Numbered from the stretch's first letter, positions 10,611 through 20,957 are shown. The stretch is DNA of 64,000 bases from Calditrichaceae bacterium (GCA_050173015.1 JBFXLE010000008.1:32584-96583), one strand, 5' to 3'. Numbers and translations are program-made. Notes: generated by a model from the letters alone, not told the origin.

Positions 10611-12536
10611 TTATGTGCGATCAGCCGTTTCTTCCTCTGTTGTTTTGGTGATAAACTGATTTTTACTTAACGTCCGGTAAATTTCATTGGTTTGTAAGAG
10701 CTCATTGTGTGTGCCGACTCCTTCTATCACGCCGTTATTTAAGACCACTATCTTACTCGCGTTCGTAATAGTGGAGAGCCTGTGCGCGATCACAAGTACC
10801 GTCCGGCTTTCCAGTAATCGGTCTATCGCTTCCTGCACCAGCCGTTCCGATTCCGTATCCAATGCCGATGTTGCTTCGTCAAGAATTAGTATAGGCGGAT
10901 TTTTTAACAGAGCCCGCGCGATAGAAAGTCTTTGCTTTTGACCACCGGACAGACGTGTACCCTTCTCACCGATATGAGAATCGAGTCCGTTTTCCAGATT
11001 AACGATGAACTCCCAGGCATTTGCAGCCTTCGCCGCTTCTATGATCTGATCTTCACCGATATTTTCAAGTCCGTAAGCGATATTATACCGGACAGTTTCA
11101 TTAAACAATATGGTTTCCTGAGTCACTATTCCCATTTTTTTGCGCAGGGAATGCAGTGTCATGTCCCGAATATCGATTCCATCCAGAGTAATTTTACCGT
11201 CTGTATTTTGATAAAAACGGGGTAGTAGATTAACCAGTGTCGTTTTACCCGATCCGCTATGTCCCACAAAAGCAACCATTTCTCCTTTTTGGATCGTCAG
11301 ATTAATATTTTTTAATACATTTTCTCCGGATTCATTGTATTTGAATGAGACATTCTCAAGTTTAATATTTTTGTTGAATTCATCATATTGGATTGCATTT
11401 GGTTTTTCATAAACCTCAGGCTCGGAATCAATGACCGCGAAAATTCTTTCCGCCGCGGCTAGTCCGGTCTGGATGGTGTTATTTATGCCTGATAACTCTT
11501 TCAGCGGCTGAAACATAGTAAAGAGAAAAACGAGGAAGCGGATAAAATCTTCCGCGGAAAGTCCCTGATTAGAGTACACAAGATTACCGCCGTACCATAA
11601 AAGGAAAACAAGAATTGATACCTGAAGCGTCTCATTAACCGGTGAGGTCGCATAATTCATTTTCTGAGCGCGAAAATACTTCCTGAAATATTCCTTGTTG
11701 GCGTTTTCAAAGTTTTTTTCTTCCCGCGGCTCGTTGGTGAAGGCCTTTACAATACGAATCGCTGAAACCGCTTCCTGAAAAGTTGAAACCACATTGCCGA
11801 TCTGTTTAAAAACCCGCCTGCTCTTACGGCGCATACTTTGACCGATCTTGACAATCACGTACGCGCTGACCGGAATGATAGTAAGGGTGATCAGTGACAG
11901 CTTCCAGCTGATCAAAAACAAGATCACAATATTGGCCAATATCTGTACCGGTGAAAGAATCATATTACCGAAGCTCTTATCCAGTACCGTATTAACCGCG
12001 TTAACATCATTAAAAGCCACTGATGTGAGGTCACCGCTATGCCTTTTTTCAAAGAACGACAATGGCAGACGCAGCAAAGTTTTATGCAATTTATTTCTTA
12101 TATTCACAACAATATTTATTTCAATGAAACTCAATAAAACCCTGCGACCGTATTGTGTGATATTTTTTAAAAGAAATGACAGAAAAATGACAAAACACAC
12201 CACTATGAGAGTGTCGGAGCGATCGTCCTGAATAATTACGCTCTTAATATATAAATTCATCTTATCATAAATACTCAGATTGGCGCTAAATCCGAACATA
12301 TTCTTGATTTTATCTTTCTTTTGTTCGGAGGGAATTATAGAATTATCCGCACTTTCAGGCTGAACATTTTCTACCGACACAACCGTCTCCGGTGAAAACA
12401 GCTCGCGCATAAAATCAACCGAAATCCATAGTGAGAGATTGTTAAAACCTACGTAAAGTAGGGTCAGGAAGACAGCCAGAATTATGTGCTTCCAGTAGGG
12501 CTTCATGAATGCTAATATTTTAAAATATAATTTCAT
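10611..12536 (-). CDS. msbA: MsbA-like lipid A/core ABC exporter (TMD+NBD)
   Basis: Walker A GHSGSGKT, LSGGQ signature, ILILDEATSALD; six-TM N-half; last gene of the LPS cluster. Confidence 0.85.
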   Translation of the reverse strand: MKLYFKILAFMKPYWKHIILAVFLTLLYVGFNNLSLWISVDFMRELFSPETVVSVENVQPESADNSIIPSEQKKDKIKNMFGFSANLSIYDKMNLYIKSVIIQDDRSDTLIVVCFVIFLSFLLKNITQYGRRVLLSFIEINIVVNIRNKLHKTLLRLPLSFFEKRHSGDLTSVAFNDVNAVNTVLDKSFGNMILSPVQILANIVILFLISWKLSLITLTIIPVSAYVIVKIGQSMRRKSRRVFKQIGNVVSTFQEAVSAIRIVKAFTNEPREEKNFENANKEYFRKYFRAQKMNYATSPVNETLQVSILVFLLWYGGNLVYSNQGLSAEDFIRFLVFLFTMFQPLKELSGINNTIQTGLAAAERIFAVIDSEPEVYEKPNAIQYDEFNKNIKLENVSFKYNESGENVLKNINLTIQKGEMVAFVGHSGSGKTTLVNLLPRFYQNTDGKITLDGIDIRDMTLHSLRKKMGIVTQETILFNETVRYNIAYGLENIGEDQIIEAAKAANAWEFIVNLENGLDSHIGEKGTRLSGGQKQRLSIARALLKNPPILILDEATSALDTESERLVQEAIDRLLESRTVLVIAHRLSTITNASKIVVLNNGVIEGVGTHNELLQTNEIYRTLSKNQFITKTTEEETADRT

Positions 12537-12582
12537 CTCTGCTCTTCAAAGTTCATTTTTGTTAAAAATAGTTATTCGGGCG

Positions 12583-13632
12583 TCATTCCACCAGTTCGGG
12601 AATCCATTTTTTTATGATCTCAGCGGCTCTCTTTCCCGCCTGACCGTCAAGCTTGTCATAAATAATTGTATTGGCTCTCCGGCGTTGTTCACTTTTTTCT
12701 CCGGGAGCCGATAATCCTTCTTCGATAGCCCTTTTTAATTGCGCGCTTTCTTCAATTTTTATGCTTATGTCTTCAAGAATGTCAAATATTTCCGGAACGC
12801 TTCTTCTTGCCTTTTTAACGCTGAACGTGACTATAGGACGATCGAGCGCGCAGAACTCGGCGATTATTGAACTTACATCTCCGATAAGTATGTCTGAAAT
12901 CGCAAGATACGGCAAAATATCCACATCTTCTATAAAATAGATATTTTTTAACGACTTAAGCCGATTGACATATTTTTTTGATGTCCAGGCGTGCACGGTA
13001 ACGAGAATATTATATTGATTTGAAAGACCTTCCAGTTCGTTTATCCACTTTTCAATGGCTGACATACTCGACGCATCATAAGTCGCCGTAAAAATGACTG
13101 TCTTTTTTTTGTTGTCAATTCCCGTTTTTGTTCTGACCGATTCTAAATTTTTATCATCATAAACACCGTTGAACAAGGGATCAAGTTTTGGAAATCCGAC
13201 GGATACGGCTGATTTAATCCCGATTCTCCGGCCTAATTCCACTTCCCTTTCACTTGTCATCATAAATACATCAAACGCGTTGTAATTAGCGGCTCTTGTG
13301 AATTTCTTAAAATGGTAAGGACCATGCCTTAATCCGATTTTTACTATCTTGTTAACAGGAAATTTATGCGCGGCATGCCTGAACATGATGACCGCGTCGG
13401 GAAATGATGGAATTCTCCCCGGATTGATTCCCCTTGCTTTAAGAAACGGACGGGCTTCTTTCGCCGCCGCCAGATGAACAGGCGGAAGATATTTTTGTAT
13501 GGTCTCGAACAGAACATAGTCCAATGGTTCTGCAATATAGCACACCACCGCCGGATGATGAACTCTTAGTAATCTCAAGAGATACCATGCGGCTTTATAG
13601 GGATATTTATAAATGTAATAGGGTACAACCAT
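12583..13632 (-). CDS. CDP-glycerol glycerophosphotransferase (TagB/TagF-family) protein, divergent
   Basis: RHG, VGFPKLD, VIFTATY, TVH, SDILIGDVSSIIAEF..LDRPIV motifs. Confidence 0.75.
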   Translation of the reverse strand: MVVPYYIYKYPYKAAWYLLRLLRVHHPAVVCYIAEPLDYVLFETIQKYLPPVHLAAAKEARPFLKARGINPGRIPSFPDAVIMFRHAAHKFPVNKIVKIGLRHGPYHFKKFTRAANYNAFDVFMMTSEREVELGRRIGIKSAVSVGFPKLDPLFNGVYDDKNLESVRTKTGIDNKKKTVIFTATYDASSMSAIEKWINELEGLSNQYNILVTVHAWTSKKYVNRLKSLKNIYFIEDVDILPYLAISDILIGDVSSIIAEFCALDRPIVTFSVKKARRSVPEIFDILEDISIKIEESAQLKRAIEEGLSAPGEKSEQRRRANTIIYDKLDGQAGKRAAEIIKKWIPELVE

Positions 13633-14652
13633 TTAAACATCCCCGAATTTTTGCCTGACGCGCGACAAGACCTGTTCAGGTAAGATTTCTTTCATACAAT
13701 TGTGATGTTTTAGCGGGCACGCGCTTCCACCGTGACTGCTGCATGGCCGGCAATCAAGATCAATTTCAAAGACAATATCGTTTTCCCTAAATGGAAAATA
13801 TCCTATGGAACGAACGGTGGGACCGAAGAACGCGAAGACATCTGTCTGCATCGCGTTGGCAATATGAAGCGGACCACTGTCATTACAAATCATCAGATCA
13901 CAATTTTGTATAATCGCCGCGGATTCCAGTATATTTGTTTTTCCGGTTAGATTAACGGCGGCAGATTTTGAATCATTTATGATTTTTTCGTTTAATTCAT
14001 ATTCATTTCCGGCGCCGATAAAGATCATATTAAATTTTTCATCATGCAGCATTCCCGCCAAACGGCTGTAATATTCTTCCGGCCATCGTTTTGTAAACCA
14101 GACAGAACCGGGAGCGATTGCGATAACCGGCCGTCCTGGAAACGGTAAACCGGAAATTATTTTCCCGGCGCGCTTATTCATCGCTTCATCCGGAAACAAT
14201 TCACTCTGCATATCAAATTCGCGGTCAGTAAATACCGTCAACAAGTGCAATATCCTTTTGATCTTATGAACATTGTTAATATGGGGCACTTTTTTCGTCA
14301 GATGTTTTGCCGCCTGCCAGCGGTCAAATCCCAAACGCTCTTCTATACCGCCCAATTTCATGAGATAGGCGGTGGTTATAGAACTATGCGGGGATATAGC
14401 CAGATCATACTCATTCTTACGGATATTCTTGACGGTACGCCAGAACGCGGTCAATTTATTGTTCCGTTTATCAAATGTGATGACATTTCTCAGATATGGA
14501 TTATTTTCGAGGACACCTTTTGTTTGTGGAATAACCATCGCATCAATTACGGCTTCCGGAAAAAGTTCACTGACTGCCCTTATTAGAGGTGTAATCAGAA
14601 TAACATCGCCAAGATATGCTGTTTGTATAATTAAAATTTTATTTGGTTTCAT
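13633..14652 (-). CDS. waaF: GT9 LPS heptosyltransferase (WaaF-like)
   Basis: IIQTAYLGDVIL, APGSVWFTKRWP, NDSGPLHIA, FGPT, and Cys cluster CRPC..CPLKHHNCM. Confidence 0.8.
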   Translation of the reverse strand: MKPNKILIIQTAYLGDVILITPLIRAVSELFPEAVIDAMVIPQTKGVLENNPYLRNVITFDKRNNKLTAFWRTVKNIRKNEYDLAISPHSSITTAYLMKLGGIEERLGFDRWQAAKHLTKKVPHINNVHKIKRILHLLTVFTDREFDMQSELFPDEAMNKRAGKIISGLPFPGRPVIAIAPGSVWFTKRWPEEYYSRLAGMLHDEKFNMIFIGAGNEYELNEKIINDSKSAAVNLTGKTNILESAAIIQNCDLMICNDSGPLHIANAMQTDVFAFFGPTVRSIGYFPFRENDIVFEIDLDCRPCSSHGGSACPLKHHNCMKEILPEQVLSRVRQKFGDV

Positions 14653-14678
14653 CGTTTTGGACTACTTTCATCATATAA

Positions 14679-15797
14679 TCAGCTGCCCGGCTGTCTTTCA
14701 ATAAGGCTCTCATAAACCCTGATTGTTTTCTCAACCGTCTTTCTGATATCAAAATTTTCAACGGTGGTCAGTGCTTTTCGCCCTAATTCCTTCCGTTTCT
14801 CTTCATCATCAATTAATTTTAACATAGCTTCCGCGAGTCTGGCGGGATTTTGCGGTGGAACAAGCAAACCGTTTACACCGTCATACACCGCCTCAGGAAT
14901 ACCTCCTGTTTTTGTGGCAATGACCGGTAAACCAACCGACTGCGCGTCAAGAATAGATGTTCCGAGCCCTTCCAGCTTTGAAGCCAGGACGAATATATCA
15001 AAACTCTTAAGGAAGAGACCCACTTCTTTTTGAAACCCCGCGAATATAAATTTACCGCCAAGTTCCAGTTCCTTTGCCACTGACTTCACCTTTTCTTCAT
15101 CTGTTCCGCCGCCAAGCGCCATAAATGTTACATTGGGATTCGTATCCGTGACAATACGCGCTGCCCTTAATAAGGTGGGATAGTCCTTATGCCCCACAAT
15201 GGCGGCGACGGTTCCAACGATTATATTACCGGCCGGAATTTTCCATTCCTGAAGAAAGTCATCGGGAACCCGAATGTTGTCAAATTTATGCTGGTCGATC
15301 CCGCTATGAACAGTCGTAATTTTATGCGCCGGTAATCCGTCAGCAACAAGAACTGATTTAATATTATCGGATACGCAAATTATTTTATCCAGATAATTAT
15401 TATTATATTTCAGAACACTAAAAATATTTTTCCGGATACTGAAATCCACTCTTCTCGCGGCGATCAGTTTTATATCCGAATAAAACATTTTTGCCCATAA
15501 ACCGATTGCCAGCGCGTGCGCTGAATGCGCGTGAATAATATGAATGCGATTTTTCCGGCAGTATCCCGCAATCTTCCATCCCGAAACAAAATCGTACTCC
15601 CCGCGCATCTTTACTGCAAAATAAGGCACCTGGTTTTCGATACAATAAGATTCGTATCGTGAACCGGGCTGACATGCAAGATTTGATGAATATCCCTTTT
15701 CAATAAGTGACCGGTGCAGATAAACAGCCTGCTGCTGCCCTCCGCGCCACTCTTTTGCCGTATCGATATGCAATATTTTCAGTGATTTAGTTTCCAT
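14679..15797 (-). CDS. GT4 glycosyltransferase
   Basis: WRGGQQQ, HKDY, SKLEGLGTSILDA, TGGIPE motifs. Confidence 0.9.
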   Translation of the reverse strand: METKSLKILHIDTAKEWRGGQQQAVYLHRSLIEKGYSSNLACQPGSRYESYCIENQVPYFAVKMRGEYDFVSGWKIAGYCRKNRIHIIHAHSAHALAIGLWAKMFYSDIKLIAARRVDFSIRKNIFSVLKYNNNYLDKIICVSDNIKSVLVADGLPAHKITTVHSGIDQHKFDNIRVPDDFLQEWKIPAGNIIVGTVAAIVGHKDYPTLLRAARIVTDTNPNVTFMALGGGTDEEKVKSVAKELELGGKFIFAGFQKEVGLFLKSFDIFVLASKLEGLGTSILDAQSVGLPVIATKTGGIPEAVYDGVNGLLVPPQNPARLAEAMLKLIDDEEKRKELGRKALTTVENFDIRKTVEKTIRVYESLIERQPGS

Positions 15798-16522
15798 AAT
15801 TTGAGATATTTCAGATAAACGCCGTAAGCTGAATTTAGAGCAAGAACGAGCCCTTCCCGTCCATCCATCATGCCGGCCTGGATGATATACATTTTTATAA
15901 ATTTTACCATACCCCTGAATACCACGCCGGGTATCGATACTCTTTTACCTTTTCGAGATAATACTTCCGCTCCGATGGATGTGTACCGATCCATTTTGAT
16001 CAGATGCGAAGAAATGGTCGGATAAGTATAATGAAGCAAAGGTTCATTCAGTTTTCCGATATCACCCTCAATTTCCACAGACTCATGCACATCTTTTTCA
16101 TTAAAATTGCCATATTTTCTGTTAAACAGACGCAGGGGATAATCACGGTTCCACCCCGAATGCCGAATAAGTTTCCCAAGATAAAATGACATCCTTCTGA
16201 TTCTGTATCCGTTTTTATGAGTATTGTCTGACAATAACCGGCGAATTTTATCGGCAAGCTCCGGTGTCATTTCTTCATCGGCGTCAATAGAGAACAGCCA
16301 GTTATTAGAGGCTGTTGACACCGCGAGTTGTTTTGTCCGGCCAAATCCAAGCCATTCGGAAGAGGTGATCACACAGGAATAATCCCGGCAAATTTCCAGC
16401 GTCCTGTCGGTGGAACCCGAATCAATGATCACTATTTCATCAGCCCATCGCACAGATTTTAAACAGCGGCCGATATTTGATTCTTCATTTTTTGTAATTA
16501 TAACAATTGAAAGTTTTTCCAT
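15779..16522 (-). CDS. GT2 glycosyltransferase (WaaE/KdtX-like LPS core glucosyltransferase)
   Basis: IITKNEE, DSGSTDRT, WLGFG..KQ, IDADE, VHE motifs. Confidence 0.88.
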   Translation of the reverse strand: MEKLSIVIITKNEESNIGRCLKSVRWADEIVIIDSGSTDRTLEICRDYSCVITSSEWLGFGRTKQLAVSTASNNWLFSIDADEEMTPELADKIRRLLSDNTHKNGYRIRRMSFYLGKLIRHSGWNRDYPLRLFNRKYGNFNEKDVHESVEIEGDIGKLNEPLLHYTYPTISSHLIKMDRYTSIGAEVLSRKGKRVSIPGVVFRGMVKFIKMYIIQAGMMDGREGLVLALNSAYGVYLKYLKLWKLNH

Positions 16523-16526
16523 GTGC

Positions 16527-17396
16527 CTATCTTAGCCGTATAACTTCAATTTTCTCATCACCCAGCGGATTTGAAACTCCGTGAACCGCGCGGTATTTCC
16601 CGTTGCGGATTTCCTTGATCCGGGTCTGGTAATATTCCTGATTAACCCGTTTACCGTCCACATGAAACGTCGGATGATAAAGATGAATCGGGTAGTCATC
16701 ATAGAAGACATTCTTTCCTATTATACGCGCTTTGTATAAACGTCTCCCCAAATCATCATCTTCATTACCCCATCCCTGATAATTCTCATCAAATCCGTCA
16801 ACTTTCAAAATATCCTCTTTCCCGATCGCAAAAACTCCGCCCCGTAATTTCGGTTTATGACCTTTGGTTCTTAACGTTTTTTTCAAATAATATTCAAACA
16901 AATCCGAATAGTACTGTTTATGGATCTTTTTTCTTTGCTCCGGACTGATCAGGGATGAATAATCCGCATCCTCTATCATCTTTTCAGTAAGCTGGTTCGT
17001 CTGATCTTCTCTGAGCCGGACCGGATAAGCGACCAAAAAAACGCCTTTTTCTTGATTATCGGTGAAGGTTTTCAGATAATTTTTTGTATAGACGATATCC
17101 TGATCAATAAAAATCAGTTGATCGCCTTCAGCCTCCCTTATGGCGTTATTTCTGCATTTAGCGAGGCGAAATCCTTTGTCATCCTGTCGCACAAACTTTA
17201 CCGCGCAATCCAGACCGGAAAGAGATTCCTTTATCACAGAAATAATATCTTCGCTTGAACCGTCATCCGATATGATCAACTCATCAATTTTGAATGATTG
17301 ACTTCGCAAAGCCAGCAGAGCGCTTCGGAGGAAGTGAGATCTGTTGTAAACGGTGATAATCAGCGTTACTTTTCCGGACATCGCATCAGTTTTCAT
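16527..17396 (-). CDS. GT2 glycosyltransferase with galactosyltransferase-like C-terminus (start uncertain, 17381-17435)
   Basis: ITVYN, SDDGS, GFRLAKCRN, IDQD, GFDENYQGWGNEDDDL, HLYH. Confidence 0.88.
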   Translation of the reverse strand: MKTDAMSGKVTLIITVYNRSHFLRSALLALRSQSFKIDELIISDDGSSEDIISVIKESLSGLDCAVKFVRQDDKGFRLAKCRNNAIREAEGDQLIFIDQDIVYTKNYLKTFTDNQEKGVFLVAYPVRLREDQTNQLTEKMIEDADYSSLISPEQRKKIHKQYYSDLFEYYLKKTLRTKGHKPKLRGGVFAIGKEDILKVDGFDENYQGWGNEDDDLGRRLYKARIIGKNVFYDDYPIHLYHPTFHVDGKRVNQEYYQTRIKEIRNGKYRAVHGVSNPLGDEKIEVIRLR

Positions 17397-17440
17397 AATA
17401 ATAAAATTTTCCTTATTCCAAGAACAATTCACCAAGAGTT

Positions 17441-18670
17441 TTAATGCTTTTTAATCAGATCTTCAGTCAATGCTTTCAGGTCTTCAATCCGGTTTGTCTT
17501 CCAGATCCTGGTTCGAATATTTTCCCTTTCTTTCCTGAAATCCAAATCGTTTAAGTTTTCGATTTGTGACAGCAGGGTTTTAAAATCATAACATTTAACA
17601 CCCGGTGTGATTTCATCAAAATTATAATAAAATTCACGGCTTTTCTGCATATACTCCTTTATATCGAACGGGAAAAAGATGATTTCCTTATCCAGCAGAA
17701 GATAATCCACATAAATGGATGAGTAGTCTGTCAATAGCGCGTCCGTAAATGGCAACAGCGGATAAATATCCATCTGATTGCTCAGTTGAAGTATATGTGT
17801 CAACCTGCTGAAAAGATCCGCGGGTAACTTCGTATTGCTATGAAATTTAACAAGCAGACAATAATTATGTTTTTTTAGCGTATCATTCAGTCTATCAATA
17901 TCGATACCTGAATCCTGCAAAAAATCGTTGTTTCCATCCCTGAATGTCGGCAGATAAAAAATAACTTTTTCAAAGGAATTCAGACGATCCAAAATAGACA
18001 GCGCCGATTTATCCTCGTGTTTGCTGATAATTTCCCTGAGCCGCGTCTTGTCATAATTGAAAATTGAATTTCTGGGATACGGGCCGTACACCGCGTTTGA
18101 ATCACCTATCCGGAACGCTCTTTTGAATACCGGCAGCAACTCGGCAGACGGAACCAGCAGGTGATCCGGTCTGCGATACAGCTCCGGAAAACTAACCGCT
18201 TTTATCCATCGCATTAACTTTGTTGATGATTGGTATTTCCAGGCAATACTTCCTTTGGTGATGTCAAATTCAATCTTTTTTAAGGGAACCCCGTGCCAAA
18301 AGTTTATATAAACCGCGCCCCCCGAAAGCCAATAATTGAGATCGCCAAGATTTGTATTACAAAAATAAAACTTACCGGCCAAAAGGTATTTTATACCTTC
18401 CAGGCTAAATCGATAATACGCGTTAATCCCTGATTTTCTAAATTTCTCCGCGCTGTCTCGGCTTTTTGAAAGCCAGACCGGAGTGATGGCCGGGAAATTT
18501 TTTTCGATGAACAAATACATATATTTTGTATTGTCATTAAAAGCTCTGTTATATGTTCCAAAAATCCAGACTTTTTTATCCCGGCGGGACAGAAAAGACA
18601 AAAAATAAACAAGAAACAAAGGCAGGCGAAACCATTTTTTGATCAGACGTTCGTAATATTTTAAATGCAT
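17441..18670 (-). CDS. CDP-glycerol glycerophosphotransferase (TagB/TagF family)
   Basis: FNDNTKY, FWHGVPLKKI, YPRN, YLPTFR, VKFH, TDYSSIYVDY: the full TagF-family motif set. Confidence 0.9.
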   Translation of the reverse strand: MHLKYYERLIKKWFRLPLFLVYFLSFLSRRDKKVWIFGTYNRAFNDNTKYMYLFIEKNFPAITPVWLSKSRDSAEKFRKSGINAYYRFSLEGIKYLLAGKFYFCNTNLGDLNYWLSGGAVYINFWHGVPLKKIEFDITKGSIAWKYQSSTKLMRWIKAVSFPELYRRPDHLLVPSAELLPVFKRAFRIGDSNAVYGPYPRNSIFNYDKTRLREIISKHEDKSALSILDRLNSFEKVIFYLPTFRDGNNDFLQDSGIDIDRLNDTLKKHNYCLLVKFHSNTKLPADLFSRLTHILQLSNQMDIYPLLPFTDALLTDYSSIYVDYLLLDKEIIFFPFDIKEYMQKSREFYYNFDEITPGVKCYDFKTLLSQIENLNDLDFRKERENIRTRIWKTNRIEDLKALTEDLIKKH

Positions 18671-18695
18671 CAGGAAATTTCCTTACCGGTCACTC

Positions 18696-19643
18696 TTAAA
18701 ATTGATCCAATAATATATAATTCCTGAATCCGCCCAGCTGTCTGCCGCGTAGGATGTTTTTTTCTATAAAGGAGATCGTTCGGGTTTTCAGAAGTTCATG
18801 CTTATGCGGAAGCCTGTACGCGTTCGGCTTTCCCGACAACTGTAACTTATCCTGCCAGTCAAGCCTGGTAATACGTTCCTTCATAACGGCCGGATGAGTT
18901 TCATTAAAATTTTCAAGACGATCCAGCGGGCCATAGTCAAAATATTTCGGCGCTTTATCGTAATATTCCTGCGCCTTATTGCTTCCCCAGTGAACTGAAT
19001 CCAGAGCTTTTCTTTTATTCTGCATCAGATGCGGCGGCCTTACCCAGCCGTAGTGATAGATTTCCGCGTCCACGCGTGCAACCCTCAGTTTTGACGTGCC
19101 CGACTCCTGTCTGGGATTCTCATAAGGGTTAAAATGACGAAATGATTGCGCGCTTTGCCAGGAGTGGACATCCGGAAGATTTCGGATTATTCTTATCTCA
19201 TTAGGATACCACCCATGACCGCCGTGAAAATGATTATAATCGCCCCAGAAATGCTTATATCTGAAAAGAAGACCTTCCACTTCAGGGACAGTTAGCAATT
19301 CTTCACACCGTTTTTGGATTGTCGGGAGGTACTTTTCATGCACCACCTCATCCGCCTGAAGATAAAAAAGCCAGTCACCACGGCAAGCCTGTTGAGCAAT
19401 ATCTGTCTGCATGGCATTGATCACACCTTTTTTGAAATATTTTTCTTCCCAGAGGGTGTCAATAATTTTGATCTTCGGGTCACCAATGGCGGCAATCTGC
19501 TCTCTTGTCTGATCATCATCGTCGCCCTGACCAACCGCTATGACAAATTCGTTACAAACGGGCAGTATTGATTTTATGGATTCAACGACAGGGTAATAAA
19601 GTTTTGCGCCATTTCTGACAAAAGAAAAACCACTTATTTTCAT
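18696..19643 (-). CDS. GT2-like glycosyltransferase
   Basis: SGFSFVRNG, WLFYLQADEVVHE (DxD-like), YHYGWVR. Confidence 0.8.
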   Translation of the reverse strand: MKISGFSFVRNGAKLYYPVVESIKSILPVCNEFVIAVGQGDDDDQTREQIAAIGDPKIKIIDTLWEEKYFKKGVINAMQTDIAQQACRGDWLFYLQADEVVHEKYLPTIQKRCEELLTVPEVEGLLFRYKHFWGDYNHFHGGHGWYPNEIRIIRNLPDVHSWQSAQSFRHFNPYENPRQESGTSKLRVARVDAEIYHYGWVRPPHLMQNKRKALDSVHWGSNKAQEYYDKAPKYFDYGPLDRLENFNETHPAVMKERITRLDWQDKLQLSGKPNAYRLPHKHELLKTRTISFIEKNILRGRQLGGFRNYILLDQF

Positions 19644-19719
19644 TTATTTTGCTCTTTATTCAGTGTTTTATATCAGTCCCGTCAGAGCCAGTCCCACGGG
19701 ATATATTCAAAAAAGCTTA

Positions 19720-19748
19720 AATATATTAAGATATGGATTTATTTCCAA
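19720..19748 (-). promoter_or_regulatory. Putative internal promoter for the glycosyltransferase run
   Basis: Minus strand TTGGAA-N17-TATATT in the 138-bp gap upstream of 19643. Confidence 0.45.
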
Positions 19749-19781
19749 ATATTCACGCTGCTGTTAGGCGATAGCGATGAA

Positions 19782-20957
19782 TTAAACAAGACTATTGTAC
19801 TCAGCAAACGCTTCAATTTGTTTCAGGATATGCGGGAGTATCCTTTTAATTTCCCGAAATATCTCTGTGTATGTTAAATTAAAAAATTCAATGTCATGCC
19901 CGATCGGATCTGCTACAGAGGGATTAGTCAGGCGGTTTTCACGATGCCACTGCTTTATCAGCACGATCTTGTCTTTGTGACCGGGGAAATGCTCCCGCAA
20001 ATATTTATAGTGATTGTAGGCCATGGCAATCACTAAATCCGATTCTGACATTATTGCTGAACTTATTACCGATGAACGATGCTTCGCGATATCGATATTT
20101 TTATCTTTCATTACATCTATGGCAAATTCATGGGCATCAGATTCCGGAATCATGAGTGTTCCGGCGGATCGGACCTTGACCCATTTTTTATACCTGGTTC
20201 GGCTGAGAATTTGTTTTAATATCCCTTCAGCCATTGGTGAACGGCAGATATTTCCCGAACAAATAAATGTAATGGTAAATGTATCGCGCCTGGTTCGCCA
20301 ATTTAAATCGGGTAACAATTTTCCGAGTTGACCAACGGAAAAATCTCCCTGCCTCACGATCAGATATGGATCTTTGGTAAAATCAATAATTGTCGAACCT
20401 TGCGACTGTTGAATTTCACCCGCGTCAAGAATGAGATCCAGTTTATTCCCAAACTGAGCAATTACTTCTTTAATCGAATATGCATTACCTTTTCCCGAAA
20501 TGTTCGCGCTTGTTGTCGAAATGGGGTTTTCAAATCCGGAAGTCATTTCATGACAGATGGGGTAATCCGGAATTCTGAAACCGATTTTTTCAGGAAAGTT
20601 TTTACTTTTTTGAAGATACTCAAAAACGGGTAGAGAGATACCTTCCGTATTATTGATAAGCGCGGTCACTTTACCCGGTAATATTTTTTTTAGATGGCTG
20701 TATAACTCTATGGGGAGGATTCCGACTAATTCTTCTATTTTATCAAGAGAATTTACCATCAAAGACACGGGCAGTCTCAGGTCTCTCTGTTTTAGAAAAT
20801 ATAATTTATGTACCGCTTTTTCGTTAGTAACATCGATTCCAAGTCCGTAGAGCGTATCTGTCGGATATGCAACAATTCCGCCATTCCCCAGTACTTCGAT
20901 CGCTCTTTCAATCGCTTTTTTATCGGGCTTTTCCGGATTGATCTTAAAATATTCCAT
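19782..20957 (-). CDS. tsaC: Fusion of threonylcarbamoyl-AMP synthase (TsaC/Sua5 YrdC domain) and a low-molecular-weight protein phosphatase
   Basis: N-half PTDTLYGL, KQR, TTSANISG, GSTIID; C-half P-loop CSGNICRSPMAE, SAGT, ADPIG. Confidence 0.9.
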   Translation of the reverse strand: MEYFKINPEKPDKKAIERAIEVLGNGGIVAYPTDTLYGLGIDVTNEKAVHKLYFLKQRDLRLPVSLMVNSLDKIEELVGILPIELYSHLKKILPGKVTALINNTEGISLPVFEYLQKSKNFPEKIGFRIPDYPICHEMTSGFENPISTTSANISGKGNAYSIKEVIAQFGNKLDLILDAGEIQQSQGSTIIDFTKDPYLIVRQGDFSVGQLGKLLPDLNWRTRRDTFTITFICSGNICRSPMAEGILKQILSRTRYKKWVKVRSAGTLMIPESDAHEFAIDVMKDKNIDIAKHRSSVISSAIMSESDLVIAMAYNHYKYLREHFPGHKDKIVLIKQWHRENRLTNPSVADPIGHDIEFFNLTYTEIFREIKRILPHILKQIEAFAEYNSLV

